Origin: Chloroflexota bacterium | GTDB taxonomy: Bacteria; Chloroflexota; Dehalococcoidia; JACVQG01; JAHKAY01 | Reading direction: 5' to 3' | Assembly: GCA_018825785.1 (NCBI GenBank) | Contig: JAHKAY010000007.1 | Location: forward strand, 35,033 to 99,032 | DNA: 64,000 nt | Shown here: positions 37,621 to 47,252 of the stretch, piece after piece | How positions within the stretch are numbered: position 1 is the first letter of the stretch | Layout of the letters: each line of letters starts with the position of its first letter | Notes under the pieces: model-generated | Seen by the model: the letters and a program-made list of their open reading frames with translations, nothing else | The model's database searches: none | What the model was told of the DNA's origin: nothing | Program-made: the position numbers and the translations under genes

Positions 37621-38022
37621 CTACGAGGCTGGGGCAGGCCTCAGGACCAGGTTCACGGCGGTGGCAAAGCCCTGCCATTCCTGGGTCATCCTGGCCAGGT
37701 TCCGGCTCCCCTTCTCCGTGAGCTGGTAGTATCTCCTCTCCTGGCCGCCGGGGAGACGCTCCCAGCGGGAAGAGAGATAGCCCTGCCTCTCCAGACGGTG
37801 GAGGGCCGGATAGAGGGTCCCCTCCCGAAGCTGGAAATAGCCCTGACTCCTCTTCTCCAGCTCCTTGATAATCTGATAGCCATACATGGGCTTCTCACTG
37901 ATGAGGGTGAGGAGCAGGGAATCGGTATTGCCCTTTAGTAGCTCTCTGACATACTTCACGGGATACCTCGCAATGCTATGTGCGGGCATCATAGCACCGG
38001 CCCCTGGCCCTGTCAACGCCAT
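37621..38022 (-). CDS. PadR-family transcriptional regulator
   Basis: LLLTLISEKPMYGYQIIKELEKRSQGYFQLREGTLYPALHRLERQGYL is the PadR winged helix. The true start may be the internal MMPAHS. Confidence 0.85.
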   Translation of the reverse strand: MALTGPGAGAMMPAHSIARYPVKYVRELLKGNTDSLLLTLISEKPMYGYQIIKELEKRSQGYFQLREGTLYPALHRLERQGYLSSRWERLPGGQERRYYQLTEKGSRNLARMTQEWQGFATAVNLVLRPAPAS

Positions 38023-38064
38023 TCGGCTTGACGGGGGATAGGAGAATAATTAGCATAAGAGAAG

Positions 38065-38727
38065 ATGGCCGCCAGACCTTCTCTCATTGCCATAGATGGG
38101 CCAGTGGCTGTGGGCAAGACCAGCCTGGGCAAGCTCCTGGCCCGCTGGCTGGGCTATACGTTCGTGGACACCGGGAACATGTACCGGGCCCTCACCTGGA
38201 AGGCTTTGAAGCTGGGCCTGGACCTGGACCAGGAAGAAAACCTGGGGGAGCTGGCCGAAAGGACCCGGATGGAGCCCTGGGGAGTTGACGGCTTTCTGGT
38301 AGATGGGGAGGGGGTGGGTAAAGAGCTCCGCAGCCAGGAGGTGGAGAAGGGGGTCTCTCTGGTGGCCCGTCACCCCCGGGTGCGCCTGGCCATGGTGGCC
38401 CTCCAGCAGCGTCTGGCCCAGGAGGGAAGGGTGGTGATGGTGGGAAGAGACATCGGCACGGTGGTCCTGCCCCAGGCCCAGGCCAAGTTCTTCCTCACCG
38501 CCACCCCCGGGGAGAGGGCCCGCCGACGCTTCCGGGAGCTAGAGGAACAGGGGGGAAACCCGGTATATGACGCCGTTCTCAAAGACCTGGAGAGGAGAGA
38601 TGGCATAGATAGCAGCCGGGCAAACTCTCCCCTCCGTCCCGCCCTCGATGCCCGCCTCATTGATACCGACGGGCTGACCCTGGAGGAGGCGGCCCAGAAG
38701 GTGCTCTCTCTGCTGGAGGGAAGATAA
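38065..38727 (+). CDS. cmk: Cytidylate kinase
   Basis: IAIDGPVAVGKTSLGKLLARWLGYTFVDTGNMYRALTW. Confidence 0.9.
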   Translation: MAARPSLIAIDGPVAVGKTSLGKLLARWLGYTFVDTGNMYRALTWKALKLGLDLDQEENLGELAERTRMEPWGVDGFLVDGEGVGKELRSQEVEKGVSLVARHPRVRLAMVALQQRLAQEGRVVMVGRDIGTVVLPQAQAKFFLTATPGERARRRFRELEEQGGNPVYDAVLKDLERRDGIDSSRANSPLRPALDARLIDTDGLTLEEAAQKVLSLLEGR

Positions 38728-39374
38728 TGGCCAAGACCTACTACCCCAGTGTTTGGTTTGTGAAGTCCCTCCTTCTCACCCTGACCCGCTTCCAGGTGGT
38801 GGGGGGGGGAAATGTGCCAAAGACGGGCCCCCTTATTGTGGTCTCCAATCACCTGAGCCAGGCCGACCCGCCCATCATCGGCGCTGGCATCCCCCGCCGG
38901 ATAGTCTTTATGGCCAAGGAGGAGCTCTTCCGTTCCCCCCTCATGGCCCTCATAGTGAAAGGCTTTGGTGCCTTCCCTGTAAGGAAGCAGGGAGCCGACC
39001 GGGATGCCCTGCGGCAGGCCCAGGAGGTCCTGGAGAAGGGCCTGGCCCTGGGGGTCTTCCCCGAAGGGACGCGGAGCAAGACCGCGGTCCTCCAGCCGGG
39101 AATGCTGGGGGCAGCCTTCATCGCCCTGAGGACCGGGGCCCCTGTCCTGCCCGTGGGCATCTGCGGCACGGAGGAACTCAGGGGTGCCGGGTTCCTGCGG
39201 CATCCTGCCATCACCATCAATATCGGGGAGCCCTTCACCGTGGCCCCCGCCCAGGGCCGCGTCACCAGGCAGGCACTCCAGGACCTCACTGCCTATATCA
39301 TGGAGAGGATAGCCCAGCTCCTCCCTCCCTCTTACCAGGGGGTCCATGACAAGGGGGTTGTTGTTGGCCGTTGA
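38727..39374 (+). CDS. plsC: 1-acyl-sn-glycerol-3-phosphate acyltransferase
   Basis: VVSNHLSQADPPII (HX4D motif), FPEGTRS. Confidence 0.85.
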   Translation: MAKTYYPSVWFVKSLLLTLTRFQVVGGGNVPKTGPLIVVSNHLSQADPPIIGAGIPRRIVFMAKEELFRSPLMALIVKGFGAFPVRKQGADRDALRQAQEVLEKGLALGVFPEGTRSKTAVLQPGMLGAAFIALRTGAPVLPVGICGTEELRGAGFLRHPAITINIGEPFTVAPAQGRVTRQALQDLTAYIMERIAQLLPPSYQGVHDKGVVVGR

Positions 39375-40203
39375 GCGGGCCCGGGAGATGGGCCTCTGCT
39401 TTGGTGTGCGCCGGGCCATCCGCCTGCTGGAGGAGGCCGCCAGAGAATTTGGGTCCCTGGACAGCCTGGGCCCTGTGGTCCATAACCGCCAAGTGGTGGA
39501 AAGGCTGGAGGGGATGGGGGTCAGGGTGGCCAGGGGCCCGGAGGACCTGGTGAACCGGGTAGTGGCCATCGCCTCCCACGGCCTTGGCCCCCAGGATATG
39601 AAGGCCCTGGAGGGGAGAGAGGTGATAGATGCCACCTGCCCTATCGTGGCCAGGGCCCAGCGGGCCGCCCGGGACCTGGCCCGGGCAGGTTTCCAGGTGA
39701 TTGTCTTCGGCGACAGCCTTCACCCCGAGGTGAGGGGCCTCCTGGGGTGGGCGGGGGACGGTGCCCTCGCCACCGAGGCCCCCCTCCGCTTCCAACCCTG
39801 GCCCAAGAGGCTGGGCCTCCTCTCTCAGACCACCCAGAGCCCGGACGCCTTTGCCACCTTCATCGCTTCCGCCCTTCCCCCTGCCCTGGGCCGGGGGGCG
39901 GAGCTTCGCATTGTCAATACTATCTGCCAGCCCACCCGCAGGCGTCAGGCGTCTGCCCTGGAACTGGCCCGGCGGATGGAGGTGATGCTGGTGGTGGGAG
40001 GAAAGACCTCGGCCAACACCCGCCGCCTGGCCGAGCTTTGCTCCCCCCTGGTGGAGGTCCACCTGGTGGAAAAGACCGATGACATAGACCCCGCCTGGCT
40101 AACGGGGAGAAGAAGCATCGGCCTCACCGCCGGGGCCTCCACCCCCGATGAGGTCATTATGGAGGTGGAGGCCAGGCTCCGGGCCCTGGCGGGCCGGGGA
40201 TAG
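39346..40203 (+). CDS. ispH: 4-hydroxy-3-methylbut-2-enyl diphosphate reductase (IspH/LytB)
   Basis: GLCFGVRRAI...GPVVHN...IDATCP...NTICQPT are IspH Cys-containing motifs. The start is uncertain because the track start overlaps plsC by 29 nt. Confidence 0.85.
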   Translation: MTRGLLLAVERAREMGLCFGVRRAIRLLEEAAREFGSLDSLGPVVHNRQVVERLEGMGVRVARGPEDLVNRVVAIASHGLGPQDMKALEGREVIDATCPIVARAQRAARDLARAGFQVIVFGDSLHPEVRGLLGWAGDGALATEAPLRFQPWPKRLGLLSQTTQSPDAFATFIASALPPALGRGAELRIVNTICQPTRRRQASALELARRMEVMLVVGGKTSANTRRLAELCSPLVEVHLVEKTDDIDPAWLTGRRSIGLTAGASTPDEVIMEVEARLRALAGRG

Positions 40204-40205
40204 AC

Positions 40206-40574
40206 TTGAGAACAAGCCATCTCCGGACGGCAACCCTTGTCCTCCTCCTGCTGGCCCTGGTTACCGGGAGCGTCATGCTCTACTGGCGCTATCCCCGGAC
40301 GCCCTCCCTGGAGATAGTCCTCCCTTCTCCCACCCCCCTGCCGTCACCGACCTTAGAGGGGCCTTCCCCCACCCCCCAGAGGGTGGACATCAACCGGGCG
40401 GAGCCCTGGCTTCTGGAGGCCCTTCCGGGCATCGGCCCCCGCCTGGCCGAGGCCATCGTCAGCTACCGGCAGGAGAATGGCCCCTTCCGCACCCCCCAGG
40501 AAATCCAGCGGGTGCCCGGGATAGGGGTGGAACTCTACGAGAGGCTAAAAGACATCATCACGGCAGGGGAGTAG
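40206..40574 (+). CDS. comEA: ComEA-like helix-hairpin-helix DNA-binding competence protein
   Basis: N-terminal TM segment, VDINRAEPWLLEALPGIGPRLAEAIVSYRQENGPFRTPQEIQRVPGIGVELYERL. Confidence 0.85.
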   Translation: MRTSHLRTATLVLLLLALVTGSVMLYWRYPRTPSLEIVLPSPTPLPSPTLEGPSPTPQRVDINRAEPWLLEALPGIGPRLAEAIVSYRQENGPFRTPQEIQRVPGIGVELYERLKDIITAGE

Positions 40575-40575
40575 C

Positions 40576-42825
40576 TTGGCCCTGTTCTCCATGAGCCTGG
40601 GCGGGGTGGTGGGGCTGGTTGCCAGCGCGGCCCTCCCCTGGCTCCTCTTCCTGGTCCTTTCTGTCCTCGGCCCGGCTCTGGCCTTTTTCCTTCGCCGCCG
40701 GCGTGGCCTTTTCCTCGCCGCCCTGGCCCTGATGGCCCTGGGCGTGGGGGGCCTGCGGGTGAAGGCCCTTCCACCACCCGGGGAGGGCCTGGTCCCCTTC
40801 CTGGGCCGGGAGGTAGACCTGGAGGGGGCGGTGGTTGATGGCCCCCAGCCCGCCGACGGCCTCCAGATGGTCCGCCTCAGCGTGGAAAGGGTAAATGGGG
40901 AGGAGGCCCGGGGGGAGGTGGGGGCCCTTCTCCCACCCCCCCTGGAGCTGGGTTACGGGGACCGGCTCCGTTTGAGAGGAAGGCTGGAGGAGAAATCTCC
41001 GCTTATCTTCCGGCCCCAGGTGGAGCTTCTGGAAAGGGGAAAGGGCTTTCTGCCCTGGCTCCACCACCTGCGTCTCGGACTGTCTGGAGCCCTGGCCCGC
41101 GCCCTGCCTGAGCCCCAGGCCTCCCTTTCCCAGGGCATCCTCCTGGGACTGCGCGGGAGCATCCCCCAGGACCTGAGGGACGCCTTTTCCCGGACCGGGA
41201 CGGCCCACATCCTGGCCATCTCCGGCCTCAATGTGGGGATACTGGCAGGTATCCTCCTCAGCTTCTTTGCCTGGGCATTGGGGCGGGAGAGGCCCACCTA
41301 TCTGGTCCTGGCCTTTCTGGGGATATGGCTCTATATCTTCCTCAGCGGCCTCATGCCCTCGGCGGTGAGGGCGGGGGTGATGGCCTCCATTTTTCTGATG
41401 GCTGAGGGCCTGGGCAGACAGCGCTCGGGCCTGGTGGCCCTGGCCTTTGCCGCCGCTCTTATGGCGGGGCTGAGGCCCTCCCTGCTGGGGGAGGTCTCCT
41501 TCCAGCTCAGCTTTCTGGCCATGGCCGGCCTGGTGGTCCTGGCCCCTCCCTTCCAGGCCCTGGGGAGGCGGACAGCCCTGCCCGGGTCCATGGTGGACGG
41601 CGTGGCCTACAGCCTGGGGGCCATCCTGGCCACCTGGCCCCTCATCGCCTACTACTTCGGCATCGTATCCCTGGTGGGCCTTCCCGCGACCCTTCTCGCC
41701 CTGCCCTCCCTGGCTGGGATCATTGTCTCCTCCGCCCTGGTGGCCGGTCTTGGCCTCATATTTTCTCCCCTGGGCTATGCCCTGGGCTGGGCCGCCTGGC
41801 TCTTCACCAGCTACCTCCTGGTGGTGGTGGAGCTCTTTTATCGCCTCCCCCTGGCCTTCTTCCGGGTGGAGTTCACCCCAGCCCTGGTCTGGGCCTACTA
41901 CCTGGGCCTGGGCCTCCTCATCTCCGGAGTCGCGATGGGTAGGAGGTCCCTGGCCCTCCTGAGGGAAAGACTCCCTCCCTTCTGGGAGCGCCTGCCCCGG
42001 AGGGGACTTCTCCTCGGCCTCTTTTTCCTTTCGGCTCTGGTCTGGTCGGCGGTCCTGTCTTTGCCCGACCAGAAGCTCAGGGTGAGCTTTCTTGATGTCG
42101 GGCAGGGCAGTGCTGTCCTCATCCAGAAGGGCACCGTTCAGGTCCTGGTGGACGGGGGGCCCAGCCCCGGGAAGCTCAACCAGGCCCTGGGCCAGGCCCT
42201 CCCCTTCTGGGACAGAAAGATAGAGGCGGTCGTCCTCACCCACCCCCACTCCGACCACCTCACCGGCCTCCTGGAGGTGCTCAAGAGGTATGAAGTGGAC
42301 ACGGTCCTTGACCCGGAGCTGGAGACGGCCTCTGCCCTCTACGAAGAATGGCGCCGGCTCCTTGAGGAGAAAGGTGTCCCCCTGCTCCGGGCCCGAGCCG
42401 GGCAGGAGCTCAGGCTGGGGGAGGTGACGGTGAAGGTGCTGAATCCCCAGGTGGAGTACCTCCAGGACCTGGACAACAGCAGTGTGGTCCTGCGCCTGGA
42501 GGCGGGGAGGGCCAGCTTCCTCCTGACCGGGGATATCTATCGGGCGGGGGAACTGGAGCTCCTGGCCCGGGGTGCCCTTTTGGAAAGCTCCGTCCTCCAG
42601 GTGGCCCATCACGGCAGCGGGGACTCCACCTCTGCCTCTTTCCTGGCGGCCGTCCAGCCTTTGGTAGCGGTAATCTCGCGGGAAGAGAAGGAGGACCACG
42701 CTGACCCTGAGGTGGTGGCCAGGCTGGAGGCCTTGGTGGGGGAGAGGCTCTACTTCACCTCCCGCCAGGGGACCATAGTCTTCACCACCGACGGCCAGAG
42801 GCTCTGGGTGAGGACATCAGGATGA
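40576..42825 (+). CDS. comEC: ComEC/Rec2 DNA internalization protein with C-terminal MBL domain
   Basis: 749-aa polytopic membrane protein, LAISGLNVGIL, C-terminal LTHPHSDHLTGLL...VAHHGS. Confidence 0.9.
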   Translation: MALFSMSLGGVVGLVASAALPWLLFLVLSVLGPALAFFLRRRRGLFLAALALMALGVGGLRVKALPPPGEGLVPFLGREVDLEGAVVDGPQPADGLQMVRLSVERVNGEEARGEVGALLPPPLELGYGDRLRLRGRLEEKSPLIFRPQVELLERGKGFLPWLHHLRLGLSGALARALPEPQASLSQGILLGLRGSIPQDLRDAFSRTGTAHILAISGLNVGILAGILLSFFAWALGRERPTYLVLAFLGIWLYIFLSGLMPSAVRAGVMASIFLMAEGLGRQRSGLVALAFAAALMAGLRPSLLGEVSFQLSFLAMAGLVVLAPPFQALGRRTALPGSMVDGVAYSLGAILATWPLIAYYFGIVSLVGLPATLLALPSLAGIIVSSALVAGLGLIFSPLGYALGWAAWLFTSYLLVVVELFYRLPLAFFRVEFTPALVWAYYLGLGLLISGVAMGRRSLALLRERLPPFWERLPRRGLLLGLFFLSALVWSAVLSLPDQKLRVSFLDVGQGSAVLIQKGTVQVLVDGGPSPGKLNQALGQALPFWDRKIEAVVLTHPHSDHLTGLLEVLKRYEVDTVLDPELETASALYEEWRRLLEEKGVPLLRARAGQELRLGEVTVKVLNPQVEYLQDLDNSSVVLRLEAGRASFLLTGDIYRAGELELLARGALLESSVLQVAHHGSGDSTSASFLAAVQPLVAVISREEKEDHADPEVVARLEALVGERLYFTSRQGTIVFTTDGQRLWVRTSG

Positions 42826-42890
42826 GTTTGCCCGCTCGCTTTCGTCACACTGAAGCCGTTGGCGGTGGGGTACGTCCCAGAATCAGAAGT

Positions 42891-43187
42891 TTGACACGCT
42901 GGCGGGATTATGATAGTATAATACATAGGACCTGAGAGTCCACCAAATCGATGAGAGGAGGTGTATTGTGAGGGTTCAGGCGATGCTAGGAGTTTGGCAG
43001 GTTGATAAGTGAGGCCCTGCTGTCTGGCAGGGCAGGCAAAGCTTAGACCGGGCTCGAGATAGGGAAGCGGAGCCAGTCTGAGGCACAGAGGCTCAATGCG
43101 GTGGTAACACCGAGAGTGAGTCGGGTCTAAGGAGAAGCGAATAACAGAAGGAGGGCGTCTGCAGAGGCGCGCTCCTTCATTTTTGTC
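42891..43187 (+). ncRNA. Candidate orphan transcription unit (sRNA or micro-ORF leader): promoter, ~260-nt lower-GC transcript, intrinsic terminator
   Basis: TTGACA 42891-42896, N17, TAGTAT 42914-42919 (TATAAT 42917-42922). No ORF of 60 aa or longer. Strong RBS GAGAGGAGG, then GTG at 42968 encoding a 14-aa peptide VRVQAMLGVWQVDK. Hairpin gccctgctgtctggcagggc. Terminator aaGGAGGGCGtctgcagaGGCGCGCTCCttcatttttgt at ~43149-43187. Confidence 0.35.
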
Positions 43188-43314
43188 TGCTTGATGTTGT
43201 GGGTGGGACAATGTTCCCGCGAATGTCGATTGAACTTGCCTCCCTGGGACGGTTATAGACAATCTCCAAAGATAGAACTTTACCCCAAAGGGGGCCTCGG
43301 TTATACTTGAAGAC

Positions 43315-43476
43315 ATGCTGGGGCGGAGGGATTTTCTCAAGGGCCTGGCCCTGGGGGGAGGGGCGGTGCTCCTGGGGGCCTGCGCCCCTGACTCCTCTCC
43401 TGCCCTGACTCCTCCCCTGCCCCTGTCCCCTCTCCGGTCCCTTTGGCAGTCCCACACAAGGAGGAAGAGGCCATGA
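43315..43476 (+). other. 53-codon ORF encoding a perfect Tat signal peptide + lipobox, out of frame with downstream DUF362 gene (probable frameshift or fused-gene remnant)
   Basis: ATG 43315: MLGRRDFLKGLALGGGAVLLGACAPDSSPALTPPLPLSPLRS... (RRDFLK twin-arginine, LLGAC lipobox) ends TGA 43474. The DUF362 frame is open from 43392 and overlaps. Confidence 0.4.
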
Positions 43477-44375
43477 CCAGAGTGGTGCTGGCGAAGACAA
43501 AGGAGAGGGCGGCGGGGGTGAGGCGGGCCCTGGAGCTTCTGAAGCCCCCTTCCCCTTCGGGCCAGGATGTCCTCCTCAAGCCCAATTTCAACTCTGCCCA
43601 CCCCACCCCAGGCTCCACCCACGGCGATGTCCTGCGGACCCTGGTAGCTTGGCTCAAGGAAACGGGAGCCAGGACCATCACCGTGGCCGACAGGAGCGGC
43701 ATAGGGAATACCAGGAGGGTCATGGAGGAGAAGGGAGTCTTTGACCTGGGGCGGGAGCTGGGCTTCCAGGTGCTGGTCCTGAACGAGATGGAAAAGGGGG
43801 ACTGGGAGCCTATACAGGTGCCCGGCGGGCACTGGAGGGATGGCTTCTACTTTGCCCGCATCGCCCGGCAGGCCCCTTACATCGTGCAGACCTGCAATCT
43901 CAAGACCCACCGCTTTGGAGGGCATTTCACCCTCTCCCTCAAAAACACTGTGGGCCTGGTGGCCAGGACCCTCCCCGGCCAGACGCGGAACTATATGTTT
44001 GAGCTCCACTCCTCCCCGAACCAGCGGCTCATGATTGCCGAGACAAACACCGCCTATACCCCGACCCTTATCCTCCTAGACGGGTTGGAGGCCTTTGTGG
44101 AGGGGGGACCCGAAGCGGGCAAGAGCGTGGAGCCGGGGGTCATCATGGCAGGAACGGACCGGGTGGCCATAGACGCCGTGGGGGTTGCCATCCTGAGGCA
44201 CCTCGGCACCACCCGGGAGGTGAGCCGGGGTCGCATTTTCCAGCAGGAACAGATAGCCCGGGCGGTGGAGTTGGGGCTGGGGGTGGACAGTCCCCAGAAG
44301 ATAGACCTGGCCACCCCCGATAACGAAAGCGCGGACTTCGCCGAGACCATCGGGAAAGTCCTGGTTGGAGGATAG
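43473..44375 (+). CDS. DUF362-domain protein
   Basis: ATG 43473 preceded by AAGGAGGAAGAGG. ...[44 protein letters not shown] fits DUF362. The track ORF begins at TTG 43443. Confidence 0.65.
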   Translation: MTRVVLAKTKERAAGVRRALELLKPPSPSGQDVLLKPNFNSAHPTPGSTHGDVLRTLVAWLKETGARTITVADRSGIGNTRRVMEEKGVFDLGRELGFQVLVLNEMEKGDWEPIQVPGGHWRDGFYFARIARQAPYIVQTCNLKTHRFGGHFTLSLKNTVGLVARTLPGQTRNYMFELHSSPNQRLMIAETNTAYTPTLILLDGLEAFVEGGPEAGKSVEPGVIMAGTDRVAIDAVGVAILRHLGTTREVSRGRIFQQEQIARAVELGLGVDSPQKIDLATPDNESADFAETIGKVLVGG

Positions 44376-44382
44376 AGAAGTC

Positions 44383-45096
44383 ATGTCTCGTATTGACGGC
44401 CGCAACAACAACCAGCTCCGCCCCACCACCATAACCCCTGGCTATTCCGCCTTTGCCGAGGGCTCGGCCCTGGTAGAGGTGGGCCTCACCCGGGTGGTGT
44501 GCACCGCCACCCTGGAGGACAGGGTGCCCTTCTTCCTCAAAGGCAGCGGCCGGGGGTGGATAACGGCGGAATACGGCATGCTCCCCCGCTCCACCCTCAC
44601 CCGCAGCCCCCGGGAGAGGAACGGCCGGACCCACGAAATCCAGCGCCTCATCGGCCGCAGCCTCCGGGCCGTGGCCGATATGTCCACTTTCGCGGAGAGG
44701 ACCTTCACCGTGGACTGCGATGTCCTCCAGGCCGATGGGGGGACCCGGGTGGCGGCCATCACCGGCGCCTATGTGGCCCTCTACCAGGCCATGCTCGGCC
44801 AGGTGAGGGCAGGCCTCCTTGCCTCCGTTCCCTTGCGGAGCCAGGTAGCGGGGGTGAGCGTGGGGGTGGTGGGCGGGGAGGAGATGCTGGACCTGTGCTA
44901 CGACGAGGACTCCCAGGCCGGGGTGGACTTCAATGTGGTGATGACGGCCCAGGGGCATTTCGTAGAGGTCCAGGGCACCGCCGAGGCCCACCCCTTCCCC
45001 CGCCCCACCCTGGACTCCCTCATCAACCTGGCCGAAAAGGGCATAAAAGAGCTCTTCATCATCCAGAAACAGGCCCTCAAAACCCTCCATGCCTGA
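44383..45096 (+). CDS. rph: Ribonuclease PH
   Basis: [43 protein letters not shown]... Confidence 0.9.
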   Translation: MSRIDGRNNNQLRPTTITPGYSAFAEGSALVEVGLTRVVCTATLEDRVPFFLKGSGRGWITAEYGMLPRSTLTRSPRERNGRTHEIQRLIGRSLRAVADMSTFAERTFTVDCDVLQADGGTRVAAITGAYVALYQAMLGQVRAGLLASVPLRSQVAGVSVGVVGGEEMLDLCYDEDSQAGVDFNVVMTAQGHFVEVQGTAEAHPFPRPTLDSLINLAEKGIKELFIIQKQALKTLHA

Positions 45097-45850
45097 AGAC
45101 CTGCTGCTTGTTGACACCCACGCCCACCTGGAGGAGATCCCGGACCTGGACTCTGCCCTGGCCCGGGCCCGGGGGGCAGGGGTGAAGGCCATCATCGCCG
45201 TCGGCTCTGACCTGGCCTCCTCCCATCGGGCGCTGGAGATTTCCCGGGACCACCCCGGCTTTGTCTTCCCCGCCCTGGGCGTCCACCCCACCAGCCTTGG
45301 AGGGGAAGAGGCGGTCTTCCATTTTATGGAGGAGAACCTTGACAAAGCGGTGGCGATAGGGGAGGTGGGGCTGGACTACAAGGTGGCGGGGCCGGGGGAC
45401 CTCAGGGAGGCCCAGAAGAGGGCCTTTGCCCGGTGTCTGGAGATGGCCCGCGCCCGGCGGAAGCCCGTGCTGGTCCACGCCCGCGGGGCCTGGGCCGATG
45501 CCTTTGACCTGGTCAAGAGGTCAGGGGTTGAGAAGGCGGTATTCCACTGGTTCAGCGGCCCGCCGAAGGTACTGGAAGAGATCCTGGCCTCGGGCTACTT
45601 TGTCTCGGCCACCCCGGCGGTGGAATACAGCCCCGGGCACCGGTCGGCTGTCCAGCATGCCCCCCTGTCCCAGTTGCTATTGGAGACGGACTCCCCGGTC
45701 CGGTACCGGGGGAGGGACTCGGAGCCGGCCGATGTGATGCGGGTGCTGGGGGAAGTTGCCCGGCTCAAAGGGATAGAGGAAGCGGAGCTTGCCCGTATAA
45801 CTACCGCCAACGCCCTCGCCCTTTTCGGGATAAGAACTGCCGGCATTTGA
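45089..45850 (+). CDS. tatD: TatD-family metal-dependent hydrolase
   Basis: [12 protein letters not shown]...ALGVHP...HWFSG...LLETDSP. Confidence 0.85.
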   Translation: MPEDLLLVDTHAHLEEIPDLDSALARARGAGVKAIIAVGSDLASSHRALEISRDHPGFVFPALGVHPTSLGGEEAVFHFMEENLDKAVAIGEVGLDYKVAGPGDLREAQKRAFARCLEMARARRKPVLVHARGAWADAFDLVKRSGVEKAVFHWFSGPPKVLEEILASGYFVSATPAVEYSPGHRSAVQHAPLSQLLLETDSPVRYRGRDSEPADVMRVLGEVARLKGIEEAELARITTANALALFGIRTAGI

Positions 45851-45858
45851 GCCCCCAC

Positions 45859-46101
45859 CTATCTGAGTTTCCCTATCAGTTCCTCTCTTGAAGTGTTGTT
45901 CCAGAGACCTACTCTAGTGAGGATGTCGGACAGAGTGCCTTTGGCCAGAATGCGGTGAGCCGGGACGGTGATGTTGTGCACGCCAAGAGGCGTAGACTTT
46001 CGCAGCCTTATGTGACTGCCCCGCTGTCTGACGATTGCATAGCCCAGGGATTGGAGCAATCTGAGGACGTCGTCCCCGCTAGCCTGAGGCAGCTTTGGCA
46101 T
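45859..46101 (-). CDS. hicA: HicA-family mRNA interferase toxin
   Basis: 80 aa. LRLLQSLGYAIVRQRGSHIRLRK....HNITVPAHRILAKGTLSDILTRVGL is the HicA pattern. Confidence 0.75.
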   Translation of the reverse strand: MPKLPQASGDDVLRLLQSLGYAIVRQRGSHIRLRKSTPLGVHNITVPAHRILAKGTLSDILTRVGLWNNTSREELIGKLR

Positions 46102-46291
46102 TGGCTAGCTTTACCTCGGATAGGGTGAGAATGGTGATGGGCTCGTTCGTGTCGCCCAAGTGGGTAGCTACAGCCTCCTTGATGTTCTCAAACAGCTCGT
46201 CCAGGGTTTTCCCCTGAGTGAATATATCCTCCCCTATCCCCCGGGCGCACCAGAATTCGCCGTCAAAATAGGTCTCAATCTTTACCAGCAT
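46079..46291 (-). CDS. hicB: HicB-family antitoxin (UPF0150-like)
   Basis: ATG at 46291: MLVKIETYFDGEFWCARGIGEDIFTQGKTLDELFENIKEAVATHL. Overlaps the hicA start. The track ORF has a spurious 5' extension. Confidence 0.65.
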   Translation of the reverse strand: MLVKIETYFDGEFWCARGIGEDIFTQGKTLDELFENIKEAVATHLGDTNEPITILTLSEVKLANAKAASG

Positions 46292-46477
46292 TCTCCGCCT
46301 CCAAGCGTGATTATACCAAAAAGGCGGCGGCCTTCTAGCCCTGTGCCAATATTGATGAAGGGCAGCCGGGCAAAGATAACCCCTATGTAGGTTATCGCCA
46401 GGACAACGGCACCTTTCAGCATATAAACCGGCGACCATTATACCTGACCCTGGCAAGCCCCTTGAGTTCTTGTCCTG

Positions 46478-47239
46478 TCAGATGTATTCCAGCTGTCTAA
46501 GGACTAGAAAACTGGCATTCATGCATGATAGAGCGTCAAATCTTTCGATGCCATACGATTTGGTGAACGGTTCTCTGGGAACACCGAGTCCATCTAACAT
46601 ATCTTTGGTAAGACCGAGCCCGAACCGGATGTAGTCATTTAGGCGAATCCTGATGAAGTCTTTGGCGTCCTTGTCCACCATTTGGTCAATGATTGGGTAT
46701 TTCTGAACCTTGGCGTCTCGGATATATTCCACAACTTCTGTTGCCCCTGCGTCTAGGAGTTCTTGTATGAAAGCTTGTTCAGAAATTCCATGCTTCTGGT
46801 CAATTTGCTCGAGACCTTGCGAGACACGTTGTTTTGCCGCTTCCGCCTCGTATAGGATGTTATAGTAGTGGATGTAGATATTCCTCAACTTCCGAACAAG
46901 GTGTGCTTCTTGCTTCATTCTGGCGTCCAACAAGGCGCTGGGCACCTTGTTTATCAAGTCCTTGAAGCTGGGGCGCTTTCCCCTAAAGCTCATGCTGCTG
47001 ATGTTATCACCCAGCTTCAAGATGAGCGCCAACTCAACGGCAAGAGAGCTATACCAGATAGAAGCATTGTCGAACGCCTCTATGTACGCGTAGACTCCGT
47101 CAGCAAAGAATCTTGTTGGAGGCTCAAGTCTCTTATTGCGTCCAAGCAAGCTGTGCACTAGTTGCCTGACGGTTTCGACCTCTCTTGCCCGACCCTGTCT
47201 GTATTCGGCGGGGAACTGCCCTTCAATGGCAGGAGACAT
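46478..47239 (-). CDS. Hypothetical protein (253 aa) in a markedly AT-richer segment; unknown family
   Basis: Long clean ORF. Local GC is well below the genome background. No motif I recognise. Confidence 0.55.
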   Translation of the reverse strand: MSPAIEGQFPAEYRQGRAREVETVRQLVHSLLGRNKRLEPPTRFFADGVYAYIEAFDNASIWYSSLAVELALILKLGDNISSMSFRGKRPSFKDLINKVPSALLDARMKQEAHLVRKLRNIYIHYYNILYEAEAAKQRVSQGLEQIDQKHGISEQAFIQELLDAGATEVVEYIRDAKVQKYPIIDQMVDKDAKDFIRIRLNDYIRFGLGLTKDMLDGLGVPREPFTKSYGIERFDALSCMNASFLVLRQLEYI

Positions 47240-47252
47240 AGGCGCAAAGCTC

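Noticed and set aside
42961-43012. Micro-ORFs (14 codons) inside the candidate sRNA unit as a Trp/His-type attenuator leader peptide
   Set aside because: The peptides (VYCEGSGDARSLAG / VRVQAMLGVWQVDK) have no run of a regulatory amino acid, and the downstream gene (DUF362) is not biosynthetic. It is kept only as a generic micro-ORF inside the candidate transcript.
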